This document shows, piece by piece, positions 13,044-26,599 of a stretch of 64,000 nucleotides of DNA; within the stretch, counting starts at the first letter, position 1; every line of letters starts with the position of its first letter. Origin of the DNA: a virus. Its lineage: Duplodnaviria; Caudoviricetes. The DNA lies in IMG/VR virus record IMGVR_UViG_3300035507_000051, positions 34,311-98,310 of that record; one strand, written 5' to 3'. Position numbers and translations under genes: made by a program. The notes under the pieces are model-generated. The model had not been told where the DNA came from, ran no database searches, and saw only the letters and a list, made by a program, of their open reading frames with translations.

Positions 13044-16000
13044 TTACTTACTTAAACTTTCATAATATGTTTCCATTTTTTCAGGATGTGCTACCTTTAT
13101 AAAGTTACTTCTCCATGAAGGAACTTCCAATAATGCTTTATATGCAGTACTATGCCCCTTGTATGGCCCACTCTTGATTTCATCCATCCATCTAAATGGA
13201 TTAAGAACTCTTGTTAAATTTACCGTATCTTCAATTACTGAAGTATTTGCTATTGGGCTTTTTAAAATATTAATCATTTCTGTAGGCATTTGAGTACCTA
13301 TAGTCAGAGCTCCTAATTCAGTTCTTTCTCTAAGCATAAGAGCTCTTAGCATTCTTTCTGCCCAACTTCTATCTTTCTTTTTAGATTTATCCATACATAC
13401 ACATAAAATACTAATAGTTAAAAACTATGTTATTTCAGCCAAAGCTCTTTTTATATTAGCTTTTTCATAATCTTCTAGTTGATTCCAATTCCAAAGCAAT
13501 CTTTTTTGACCATCCTCAGTTTCTTGTCTTAAACCTAATAAAAATTTAAATGTAGTTCTGTAGTATCCTTCAAAGTCAGTATCAGCTTCCATACTATGCA
13601 TTTTAGCTCCAAATCTGTATCTAAATTGACTAGGTATCCAATCTCTATACTACATTATAAATCTACCCCACAAATGACGTCTAGCAGCAATAGAGTCTTC
13701 ATCATTATATATACCAAATAGATGCTGATTAACATATCTAATTTTAGCTTCAAATTTAGTTAAATCTTCTTCAGTGAATTCACTACCATCTTCTTTAGTT
13801 ATTCCTTCTTTAAGCACTAATTTATTGCCTAAATCAGGATCATTCTCTTTTATAGGTTTAACTTCTAAAGCATCCCATAGAGATATTGCATTTCCATTAA
13901 CATCCTTTAGTTTATATCTTAAAGACATAGCTATAGCTGTTCTGTTATATAACCAGAAGTCTCCAGCATCTTGCCCTAAAAACTGAATTCTGGGGCCAAA
14001 TAATCTTCCTAGGATAGTTTTATTAATGAAATCCTTATTCTTAATATGCTTTCTAAAATCCTATTTAACATTAAATTTCTGATCAAACAAAGCTAATTTA
14101 CTGTGCATAGTCCTAGAACCTATGTCTCCTACATAAGAAGTTAGAGCAGCAAAGAAATGTTTATCAGCGGATGCTAATTCTCTAGCATTAAACCATTGTC
14201 CTGCAGCTGCTTCTATATTCTACATACCTATACCAGTTAAAGCATTTGCTGCATTTGCTAGTGCATTAAAACCAAGCTATACAGCACTACCTACTTTTAG
14301 CAATAAACCAGCAGCTTTATTTATATCTACTGAAGTATTTTCTGTTACTTTTATTTCCCCGTTATCTACTAAATATTTTTCATATACTTTAGATTCAAAA
14401 AAGTCGTTGAGTAAATTTCCAAAATTACTTTCTTTAGGATCTATAAGACCTTCAGTAGTGTTTGTTCTATCTCCAGCATTGTTACGCCCCACTAATTTTC
14501 TATTACCTTTAGTTTTAGCAATTTTTCTTTTATTCATTACCCAATGTCTTCCAATCTCTAATGGAGTACAAATATCAGACATAGCTGAGTAGTTATAAGC
14601 CATATCAGCATAAGCTATAAGACTTCCTATTACATCATGTGTTAACTGTGAAGTATCTTTACTTTTTACATAATATATAGGTAGCTAAAACACTTCTTCT
14701 GTATCTTGCATACCTACTAATCCATGGTATTGATTGGTATCATCAAAACTTCTAATAAAAGAGGCTTTAGCACCATCTATAATACCCTTAATATTTCCCT
14801 ATTTTATAAGATCTTTAGCTCTTTCTATTGCTGATTTTCTTATTCTAATAGTATTAGTAAGTGTGGTGGTACCTTCAGGTAATAGTAAGTCTAATTGCTC
14901 TTTTAGCTCCATCCATTTATCATAGAACTCTTGCTATATGGTAGTTAAACTAGAATATCTTGAAGGGTATACTTCATGGTTAGGAATCTAAGTTCTTTTT
15001 CCATTAATAACTATGTATTCTGTATTATCCTTTATCCACTTACTTAAAGCTTGAATTTTAGCTTTATATTCCTTACTACCAATCTAAGGATGAGCTCCAT
15101 ACTAATTCTTTAATTCTTGCTCTTTCTATTTATATGCTTTATCATATGCACTTCTATCATAGGAGTAATCTTTCTTATCTATAATAAGTTTGTTAATGTA
15201 TCTTTCATTTCCTTCTTCAAACATAAAATCATAGTTTTTAATGCCTCTCTTTTCATATTCTAAACCTAGAGCAATAATCTACTATGACATATCTATAGTT
15301 TTTAACCTCTGCTGAGTTTTAGCTGCTTTAACAACCTTATCAAAAGACTGCAGTAGTGTGTCTGGATTATCAGCTACACTAGTAAAAAATTTTTGCATAA
15401 AATTCACATCTTTTCCTGCAGTAGCTATCATTTCTTTAGCAGATATAACTTTTAATCCCCCCTTACCATCTTGAATTTTTACAGTATCTCCTACAAATTT
15501 TGTTAAAAATGTAGTAAAAGAATCTAGTGCTTTTTTATAAAATGCGGAATTTAATTCTTGATAAATTGTATTAGTAGTAGACAAAGCATTTAGAATAAAT
15601 TCTTTTGAATTACCTAGGCCATTAGTTGGGTCATGAGCTAATTTTGAGTATGACACATTAGGTCCAATTTCTTCTAGGTCTATTAAATCTTCTAAAAATG
15701 GATTAGCTCCTCTAAATTCTACTCCATCTTTTATTAACTAGTTACCTTCTTTACCATTGTACTTCTCATGCTTAATATTACTTACAGTATATACAGCAGT
15801 TCCAGTATTAGTACCTTTAGGTGCAGGATAATTTACCTTTATAGGAATAATTTTAAGACTTTTAATTTCTATACCATACTTATCTTCTAAAAATTTTTTA
15901 TACAAAGATACCTATCTTGCATATTTATCTTGCTTCTCATCATCAATTTCTCCTCTATGAGTTTTCATATCATAGATGTACCAATTGCCATCTTCATCAT

Positions 16001-18011
16001 ATCCTAATAAGTCTAGAGTGCCTGCTACTCTTACTGTATGAACATGCCCTTTGCCATCAGTAGTATCTACAGTACCTTCAATAGTTACATCTCTAGCAAT
16101 AAGAGTAATTCCATCTCCCTCTATGTCATTTTTTAATTTATTAAGCTAGTATACAAATGCATTTAGGTGTTTTCTATCTACATTAGGATATACTACATCA
16201 AGCTCTTCTCCTTCAACTTTCCAAGTATCGCTATCAGAATCATAAGTAATTCTTCCTTGCATAAAATCTCTTACTAATTCATCTATTCCTGTACCTATAT
16301 TAGTTGATGGTGTTACATAAGGATTTTTGGGATCAAAATTTTTACCTTCAAAATAGGCCTAAATTACTTGAGTAGTTCTCATATATTTAGCACCAGTTTT
16401 GATGTTTATATAATAAGTACCATCGTCAGATAATTTAATTTCTTCCGAGTGCTAAACTATTATATCTGCAATCTATTTTGCAGTTAGGTTTTTAGTATCT
16501 ACTGTAGTTGTGGATTCTAAAGTTCTATAATCTTTTAGTACATCTTCAGAATCTTCTATTCTCATAAATTTTTGGCTTAGAATTACATCGTCTGACATAA
16601 ATTCTTCACCTAAAACATCATATAATTCATTAATTGTAACTCCCCAATTTTTTAAAGCCAAAAGAGCATTCTTAAGAGTAGAAAATTTATCAGATAGTTC
16701 AAGTTCATCTAAGTGCTCTAAAGAGGTAAATAACTATTTGACATCAGCTTGAGCTACATCTAGTAAATCAGAAATTGCTAACATAGTTTCTTCTTTTGAT
16801 AAAGCCACATTAATGTCACTTGTTAGCTAAATTGCCCTCTTTTTTATGTCATATCTCTCTTTTCCATCTTTAGTGTTTTCCCCAAGAGCAGACTACTTAT
16901 GCATTCTAGCAGCAGCATCTCTCACTACTTTAGCTTGGTCTTTAGCTTTTCCTACTAGTGCAAAAAATCTAGCTTCTCTTTTTGCTCTTTCTATATCTTC
17001 TTTTTTAATCTCTTGCTTTTCTGTAATAATATCTTTAGCCAGCACAGATAAGCCTCTTTTAATACTATCTATATTGTCCTAGTAATATGCTGGATTTAAT
17101 CCCTTAAATAAATTTTTAATATAATTTTTAGCTCTAGTAAATATGGGAACTTTAGTATTCTAAGTGTTCATCTAGTTTCTTATCTCAGAATTAAGTTCAT
17201 TCTAAAGCATATGGCCTACAGCTTCTTCAGCAATTAGGGCAGTATCTCCCTAATAAACTTCATAGTAATCATCATACTTATCTCCAAGAATTTCTCTAGC
17301 AGCCTATTCATTTTTTAGATAATTATATGCTCTTTGTACTACGGGCCTTTCTATATATATTCTAGTTAGCAAATGTGCAAATTCTTCAGAAAATGCTTCT
17401 ACACCTTCCATATTATCAGCCAATCTTATTAAGCTAGTAAATTCATTAGCTACAGATTTAGCATGATTAAAATTAGTTTCACCTACAATTCCAGCAGCAG
17501 TTTCTATAGAAGATAAATGAGTTACAGTAACTCCAACTTTACCTAGTATCTTAGATATAGTCTCATTTAACTGATGAATGGCTTTCTAACTATTTGCAAT
17601 TTCTTGATTAGCTTCAGTGTTAGGAACTAATCTTATTGTTAAATTTTTATCCTCGGTATAATCTACTATAGCTATATAGTCATTTTCTTTTTTCTCATTC
17701 ATTTCCATTGCCTCATTTACAAGAATTCCTACATTCTCAATGGTATTCGGCAATTGTTTCATAGTTTTATTAGCCTACTCAAGTATAGTAGATTCTCCTA
17801 TAGCTTTTCTTACAATAGGCAACTTCATTAAACTATTATAAGTAGGGACTCCCTCACTATCTAAAGTGAGGGAATCCTTATAATCGTTTATGAAAGCATC
17901 TGTTACTATTTTATTAAAGATTCTAGATGCAGTAGCATAACCAAAGTTCTTTTTTAACTATTGAAATGTACTTGCACCTCTCTTTGGAATAAATACACAA
18001 GATTTTCCCAT
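13044..18011 (-). CDS. Giant cargo protein with PD-(D/E)xK nuclease and degenerate zincin domains (1655 aa, TAG=Gln)
   Basis: ATG 18011 (MGKSCVFIP); fragments 16661, 15656, 14603, 13928 and 13394 are in the same frame; TAA at 13044. Motifs VAGTLDLLGYDEDGNWYIYDMKT..KYAR(TAG)VSLY and FSEEFAHLL..EEAVG. Confidence 0.75.
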
Positions 18012-18028
18012 AATTTTTAGTTTTTATT

Positions 18029-21000
18029 TTATCTTTTTGGTGGACATAATTTAGTATCTTTATCTTCAGTATCTGGATATTCATCAAGATCTTCTTTTTT
18101 CTCATTAGGAGTATCATCTTCATCTATATCTAGATCTTCAGAATCAGGAGTTTCATCAAAATCTTCTTCTATATTTAATGAATTCTATGCTTCTATAGCT
18201 TCTAAAGCTTCAGCATCTTCTTCTAGTGAATCAGGATCTTCATCTTGAGGATCTTTTAATAGGTCAGGATCACCTAAGTCTGGTTCTGAATCTTCAGGAA
18301 TATTTTCAATTTCTCTCTCATCTTCTAGATCTTTAGGTGCAGTTTCATCAATATCTCCATCTTCTTGAGGTACTCCTCTTTCAAGATCATCACCTTCAGT
18401 TTCTGTGGGATCTTCAAGATCTCCTTCATCTTCTGGAGACTCTTTTTTAGATTTGTCTGAATCTTTATCTTTTTTAACTTCCTTAATGTCACCAAAAGTT
18501 CCTCTTTTAGCTAATTCAGTCCAGTCAATTTCATTATAATTTTTATTCATATTGTAATACGGAATATTAGTAGTATTATAATTACATTTCTCATAAATAC
18601 CCTTATCACTTACTTTTATCCAAAGAGAATTATTTGCTCTTACAAAAGTAGGTAAAACATCAAGCCCTTCAACACTTCCTTGAACTGCTTCTTTGCCATC
18701 TGTAGTCAAATTTAGTTTACCATCTGCTATTACATATAATTTTTGTTTACTATTCAAAAATGTAGTATACTGTGGATGATTAAGTAAGAATTGACACACA
18801 AAATTATAAATATTAAAATCACCATTTTGTAATTTGGCATTACCTTCCTTTAATGAGTCTACAAATCCAGGCAACTGATTAAAGAAAGCTGTAGTAAAGA
18901 AAGTGCCAAAGTTATTGTGACTAAATGCAAGTCCACTGTTGTAATAGCTGTACATAAAAAGATCTCTAATTAAATCTACAATTTCAGGATCTGGAGATTG
19001 CAATAAACTCTCAATATCTTTAACATAGTGCATTCTGTCTTTATTGCTAATTTTACCAACATTTTGCATGAATATACCAATGTTTTCACTTTGAGTAATC
19101 TTTCTAAGTAAGGTATATTTATCTTTTAATTCAGGGTGTGCTTTCATAAAAGAGTAATATTTCATAGGAAAATCATGAATGTAGTAATTTCTTTTATAAA
19201 TCATACTATCTTCAGTATTTTCACCAGAATCTCCAAATTCAGAATAATAGGACAATAAAGCTTGAGTTAATTCATTGCATATTGTTCTAAGAACCAAAGT
19301 GTCTCCTTTACCAGTATATCTATAATGAGTTTGATTTCTAAGTACTTTAATTACATTATGACTAGAATCATTTGTAGTTAGTGCATTTAAATTAGGAAAA
19401 AATCTAGCACTTAAAGTAAGTGCACTTTTAATACCTAAAGTATAGGCAGCTTGTAGTCTGGGTATAGGAGCTTTCAGTATTCTATATCTAAGAGCCTCCT
19501 TACTCATTAAAGTAGCATCCAAAGTTATATCTACAATCTTATCAAGACCTTGTACAGGACTATCTTCTTCTTTAGCATCTGCCATAAAGTCCTGTGCTCC
19601 AAAATACTGTCGAATAACCTCTGGCAAACTAACTTCCAATGCTCCGTTAGTAGAATCAGATCTAGAAACTTTAGATACACTATTCAAAGATTTAGAAAGT
19701 GCTATAATATTTTGAAAAAATACAGCATATTGTGCAGCAAATTGCTGATTATGAGATTTTTTCATTTCCTCTTCAAAAGCTTCTTTATCAGTTCTCATTA
19801 AAGAAACTAGTTCTGCTAATTTGTTAGTGCTAATATTATAACTAGATGCAGCGTATACATTGCCATTATTTAATTTTAAATCTTCAAGTACAAGTTTACT
19901 ATATTCATAAAAATCTTCACTAGTATTTATTAAACCAATAGTTTGAGGATCTAATCCCATTCTAGCAAGTAAACCTATTCTAGTTGCAGTTTTTATATTA
20001 GCACCTATATCACCTAAACAAGGATCTTTACCATTATCTGGAGATGCTGCTTGGAATTCAGCAAGAATTCTACCAATTCTTTCTCCTGATATTATAGAGT
20101 TTTGAAGATCCAAATTTTTAAGTACTATTCCATCAATTTGTACTTGAAATGCAGGATGTATTCCTATATTAGCAAATTGCAATTTATAGTGATTAGATGA
20201 ATTTACTGCAAACATACCAATGAGTGCATTTCCATCCATAAGATTTCTTTGCAAATCAATAGCATCAATTACATCTAGAGGATCTACAGGACTGGCATAT
20301 TTATCATAGAATTCTTCTAGGAATTTAGTATTATCACCTTTCTCATCTGCTCCTATGGAATTTAATGTTGTAAACAAACCATATTTATCAATATCATCTG
20401 CATATTGTTTTTTAAATTCTTTTAAAGCTTTAGGGTTATGCATAATTCTTTGCTGTCTTGAAGCTTGTCTAACTCTATCAAAATTACCGGGTTGCATCAT
20501 TAGTTTAGAACCAGGTCTGCTTGTTAATGTATTCCAAATAACATCAATAAGCATGTTATTTCTAGTTGAAATTCTTTCATTTCTTTTTAATGCTTCCTGT
20601 TTAGATATTTCATCAGTAGTTAAATCATTACCTTCATCATCTACAATCTTAGGTTTAAGAGTATCATACTTAGGAATATCATATTTTATGGATTTACTAG
20701 CGCCTCTAACTGCTAAGAATTCACTAAAGTCTGGATTAAACTTTTCTAGTTTCCTAATATCTTCATCTGTATATCCTTGCTTTCTGTTTCTATAAAGTAT
20801 TCTCCAAAGGATATTGATTTCAGATTTAGTGAGACTAGTCTCTGCTTCTTCCTCTGATAATGCAGCTTCTTGTTCTTTCATGTAAGTTTTAAAGTCTTTA
20901 CCAATCCATCTTTCAAATTCACTAAACAGCGCAGGTTTATAAGTAAATCTTTTAAATTCTCTTACCATTAAGAATAGTTTATCAATGTCAAAGTCAGTAC

Positions 21001-24000
21001 CTGACATTGTAATAATATCAGAAGGTAGCATAATAGAGGTACCAGCAACTACAGGCATAAATCCTACAATTCTAATAGGCATTATGGAGTATTTATCCTC
21101 AGTAGGAATTCTATATCCAATTACCTGAAGTAGCTTTTCAGCTTCTTTCTCACCAAAAGCAGCTTCCATTTTCTTAAAATTAATAGTTTGATATCCTTCT
21201 GGTGTAGTTTCTAAGAAATCTGCATACATTTCTTTACAATATGCTGGAAGATAAGCTTCAATGTACTTTACACCATCAGACATATCTTTACCATTATTAT
21301 AAACAACATGCAGATTATCAGATAATCCAAAATTAGATACAAGCACTGAATTTCCTCCTTTTATTTTCTGCCTTTGTATTGCATTTTTGAATGTAGAAAA
21401 TATAAGAGCTTCAATTTTATTGCTTAAGTTAGGGCTATTAAATGGAAGCATAAATCCAGTACCTTCTTTATTGATTTGTAAAGCTTGTCTTACATCTTCT
21501 CCATATTGTGGATTTCCTTCCATCTTGGTAAATAGCATTTTTTGTAATGAATGAATATCTTGGAATTCATTACTTACTGCACTATAAGCATCGATAAGAT
21601 TATCAACTATAAGAGTATTATAAAACTGAACAGCTTCTTCTCTATTTAAAGTGGTAGGCTTACCATTTAATTCTAAAGTCATTGTAAAGTTTTCAGGAAG
21701 GTCAGCCATAATAATATTCTTAAGCTGAGATCCAAAAATAGCTTCTGCATCAATAAGATGATCATCAGAAGGCTGCACAATCATGTAAGAACTTAATGGA
21801 AATTCTTTAAACATGATACTATTTTCACCCCCTTTAGCTGCATATTGCTGCTCTAAGGATGCAACTACTTCTTCTTTAGTCTTGTAAGCATATTCATTTT
21901 TCTTTTCATTAAAATATTCTTGAGATATTTTTCCATTTTCTAATGCTTGAACTAATTTTCCTATATATTCTTTGTAAGTCTTAATATTTGTATCTCCTAA
22001 AATTTCTACTTTTCCTTCTTTTAAAGCCTTTTCAAATCTACTCTTGTTATAGTTTAAATCAAAAGGTGAATTGAATCCTACTTTAACTACACTATGAAAG
22101 TGTACTGCATCAACTCCATGATCTTCCATAAACTGCTGTAGGCCGAGCAACTTAGGGGATTTATTTAATGCAGTATTTAACATAGAAAATAGTGCAGATA
22201 GCATGTATTCTGAGTTTTTGTGCTGTGTAGTTACTTTTTCCATTCTACCATTAGTAGATACAGCTTCAAAACCATAGAAAAATGGTTTAATTGGATTCCA
22301 CAATGCAAGAAAATCAGCAGCGGTTATAGTTCCTCTTTTGATATTTCTATAAGCATCTTCCATGCTATCAGTCCACTTACCACCTCTAGCTATAAAGATT
22401 TTTCTAAAAGAATCTAAAGATCTAAAAGACTGACCATCAGTACTACAGATTTTTTTGTAAGCTTCCAAAGTACCTCTAATCATACTTTTATCAAACTCAG
22501 TTATATCATCAGAATCCATAAGAAGATTCTTTAAAGATTCAAAAGAATTAGATATGACATCTTCATCTTCTAAATACATAACCTTTTCTATAAGATCTCC
22601 AATGATATTTCCTTGTTCATCTGTTTCTTTAGCAAACAATCTTTCTCCGCAAGCATATGCTTGCTTATTTCTCTTAATATAATCTTGATAACTTTTGTAA
22701 TAAGCTAAGTCACCTCCAATTAATTGTTGAATACTAGCTTGTGCAAGTGCATTATTGTAATAGTACTCAGTTAAATATTCATCAACTTTTTGAAGTTTAT
22801 ATTCAGTCTCTTTCTCATTGACTTCCTCATTATTTTCTTCATCTTGCTCTTCAGTTAGATTTTCTTCAGTTGAGAATAGCTCTTCATTCTTAGCAGCTTG
22901 TTGTGCCATTCTGCCATAGATTTCTAATTTATCTTCAGAAGATAATTTTTCTAGCATTCTAGCAGTTTGCTCTTCTAAATGGTCTTGTAGTATTTTCTTG
23001 AGCTCTTTGTCTCTTCTTTCTTTAAATTCAGTAGGAGACTCATTGCCTTGCATCTTACAAGCTTCTAAAACTATTTCTGCTTTAGTTTTACCATCTACAG
23101 TTTCAGAATTTAACCAAGGAAAATATGTAAATGTGGCTCCTTTACTTCTTTTGTCATTGTAGTTTTCAATTTCTACTTGATTTTCTTTTTTATTCTTGAC
23201 ATCATTAATTCTATCAACTTCTTGAAGTAGATTCTTTACCAGTCTATTAAGAATTTCTCCTTTGTAATTATTTCCAGTAAATCTTCTACCTTTTAGCATT
23301 ACTATAGCATCAACATCAGAGAAAGAAGGGCATGCATAATATCCATAATGATTACCATAAGTGTCATCATTAGCAGCCATATACGCATGGAATCTGCCAA
23401 CCAATTGCATCTTAGCATCTACATTTTGTACACTATTTTTATCCTCACTTCCCATAAAGCTCAGCATATTTACATAAGCAAAGCTTTTTCTAAATGCATA
23501 GTCATTAGTTGAGTCATCCCAATCTTCTAGCCATGAATTTGCCCATCCTATAGGTTCTCCTTTTGCATTTCTTTCTCTAAAGAAGTCAAAATTACCATAG
23601 TTTTTTGCAATCCATTCATTAGCATATTCTAAGTTATCAGTATTTTTTACAATATCTACTAAATCTGAAATAAAATCAGGAGCAGTATAAGTAGCTCTAG
23701 TAACTCCATTATGTCTAAAAGTCATAGTTACATATCCTTCAGAGGCTAAAGTAAGAGCTCCAGCCATAGCTAAATAAGCTCCCTGGAAATCAGCAAGAAG
23801 GTTACTGCCTTTACCGTATGTTACATTTCCTGTTTGATTTACAATGATACTAATGCAGTTTAATATAGTGACTAATTTTTTTATTTGATCATTAGATATA
23901 AGTGTAGCAATATCATCAAGCCCTTTTACTTCTTCTAGGGATTCTTCATCTATATTAGCAAAATCACCAAACAATGAATCTAAATTCATACTGTTAGTAT

Positions 24001-26470
24001 CTACACCTACATCATTAAGTAACCTTTCTAGACTTAATCTACCGAACTTTTTATCAAAGTGGTCATCTAAGCCCATAAGTAGATCCATTACTTTTTTAAT
24101 TTCTGCTACAGTAGCTGTGCCATTAAGGTAAGAATTTAATCTATTTATACACCACCCAAAAGGTTGTCTATTATAAAGTTTAAAATGAATTCTTTTTCTT
24201 CTTTGTGCTGCAGTTTCATTTGCAGGTATTAAAGTCTTATCATCTTCAGCATACGCGGCATTAAACCATTGGTCTAGTTTTGCTAAATGTCTTAAATCAG
24301 CCTGGCCTGTAGCATCATATATAGAATCAATTCCTAATACTAATTTACCTTCATAGTTTGCTTTAACATTAGCTAGCAAATCTGCACTAGAGGTACCTCT
24401 ATTTAAATATTTTAGTAAACCTCTTTCACTAATCATAGCACTTGGTACTTGAGCTCTTCTCATAGTAGAATAAAACTCACTTCTAGTATTTGGATCCCAA
24501 GCTTGAGGATTCTCTGGATTATAAACTAGAATATCCCTAAGATCGTATAACCAAGGATATTTTTCTATAGTTTTATCCAAAGTTTCAACAAACTGGTCTT
24601 CATTTTTCATAGAAGAAAATTCATCAAGCAGAATTCTATATGCAGTTAAAGCATCCATTCTAACTTTACCTCCAAGATCATCAAACACATAATGCATAGG
24701 ATTTTTATAATCTCTTTTAAAAAGAGAACCTAAAAGAGTTTTTATGTTAATAGATAAAGTTTTTGCTGGATCTAGTAGTTTATACTTAACCATATACCCT
24801 TCCCTATTAGCATTAGGCTGATCCTCTCCATTATTTTCTGTATTTTCGTCTTCAGAGGCAATAACAGGCACTGTATCAAAGCTTAATTTAAGATTTTCGT
24901 TAAATTGAATCTCCCAAGCAGCCTCTTGACACAAAGCTACATATACATCAGGTTGCATCATTTGACTATAAGCTTCTACTAAGTGCTGTGCTCTAACTTT
25001 AGCTGCCTCTTTACCTCTTTTTGTCCACTTTATGATTTCACCATCTGCTTCATCAGTAAAAACTTGTACATATACTTTTTTTACTCCATCAGTATAGTCA
25101 TTTCTACATTGTATTTCTTGAATAAAATCAGCACCTTCTTCAGTCTCTGGACTCATTAAAGTTTTTACTAATCTATTCATACCTTCTTGAGTTTTGCAAT
25201 CTTCAACAGTATCAATAAATCTTTTTTGAATTCTATTAAAAATAGCTTCTCCTAAAGGTTTTCCTTCATACTTAAATGCACCTAAAGCGTAAACCCTTTG
25301 TGCTGCTTTATCTCCTCTGGTTAATCCCCTATAATGAGCTTCTTCTACTGCATTTCTATCTTTTAAATTAGTATAATACTCTCTAAGATCCTCTAGCTCA
25401 TAATCAAGTTCTCTAGAGAAAGCTGAACTAATGTAGTGCTCTCTAGCTAATCTTTGCTCAATGTCAGGAAATACTTTAGAAAGTAGAGAGAAATCTTCAG
25501 TGTCTATAACTATTGGATTTAAATTAGGCCTTTTTGCATTTAAACTATCCAGTAGTTCTTTCTGCTTAGCTTCAGCCTTTTTTATAGCTGCTTCTTTTCT
25601 GGCTATAGTTTTAACGTTTTTAGCTCTTTTATTTAACTTTTGGATTTTAATATCTACTCCTCCATCTTTATTTGGGGAATACTGAGCTTGTATGCCCAAT
25701 TGTTTATCTAGCATATCTAACAAGGCATCTGCAAATCTTTGTGGAAGATGCACATTTGGATCTGTAATAATTTCAGGAAATTGAATTTTAGTATATTTAT
25801 TATTAAGCAAAAGCTGTTGTATTCTTGCAATAGCTCTTTTATTTGCTTCTATAAATATTTCTAAATCTTCATCAGTATCTTCAAAATTATCAACCTCCTG
25901 CTTAAAAGTACCATTTACATTCTGATGATTTTTACTTAATACAAGACCAATTACATTCTTATTTAGATTTTTATTGCTATCAGCTATAAGAAATAGTCCA
26001 TATCTTTTATCATTAGTAGATAATGTAGTACCATCTTTTACCTTAATAGTATCGCCAAGCTTTTCACCTGTAACTGCATTATCCGCTTGTAAACTGTAAC
26101 CAGTTACAAATATAGTGTTAGGTGAAGTTCTTGGAGATCCTTTACTAGCTGTTCCTATACTAAATGTAGCATCTCCTAATTTGGTATTTTCTAAAGCTGC
26201 TTTAACTTCTGCCTTTGCTACTCTTGCTTTTGATATAGCTGAATTAATTAGATGTAAATCACCTTGTCTTGCTTTTTTCATAATGGCTTCTTGTGTTAGG
26301 TTGGTATCTGTCATTATACTAGTTATAACTGCCAATACTTCTTCAGAAGTAAGTCCTTTAGTTTCTGTTCTAGCCTATACAGCACCTAGAACTTTTCTCC
26401 TAAAGGCTAACTATTCGTTAATTTCCTTTGTAGTATTTTTATTTACTACTGCACATTTTTTACTATTCAT
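18029..26470 (-). CDS. Virion-encapsidated single-chain DNA-dependent RNA polymerase (2813 aa with TAG read-through)
   Basis: GYRIPTEDKYS and SGTDFDIDKLF (DFDID at 20981-20995) are catalytic motifs of crAss-like RNAP. The 2716-aa ORF extends in frame to ATG 26470 through TAGs at 26413 and 26377, and to TAA 18029 through a TAG at 18187. Confidence 0.9.
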
Positions 26471-26500
26471 ATAAAATAATTTATACGTTTATAATTTATT

Positions 26501-26537
26501 TACTGCAAAGTTAAGAATTTTTATTAATATAAACAAG
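26501..26537 (-). promoter_or_regulatory. Bacteroidota sigma-A-type promoter for the RNAP gene
   Basis: Minus strand CTTG, 20-nt spacer, TAACTTTGCAGTA (26513-26501); the same 13-mer occurs at 62999-63011 on +. Confidence 0.7.
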
Positions 26538-26599
26538 CTTATAACAGTAAAAATTTATAAAGCAAATTAAAACTGTGAGTATTGTATTAGCAAATGAAT

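Noticed and set aside
1-18011. Pseudogenes or frameshifted assembly suggested by the short ORFs
   Set aside because: Fragments of each gene stay in one frame and break at TAG, and conserved motifs run through the TAGs.
17923-18123. 66-aa minus-strand ORF
   Set aside because: Alternative frame overlapping the RNAP read-through tail and the start of the 18011 gene.
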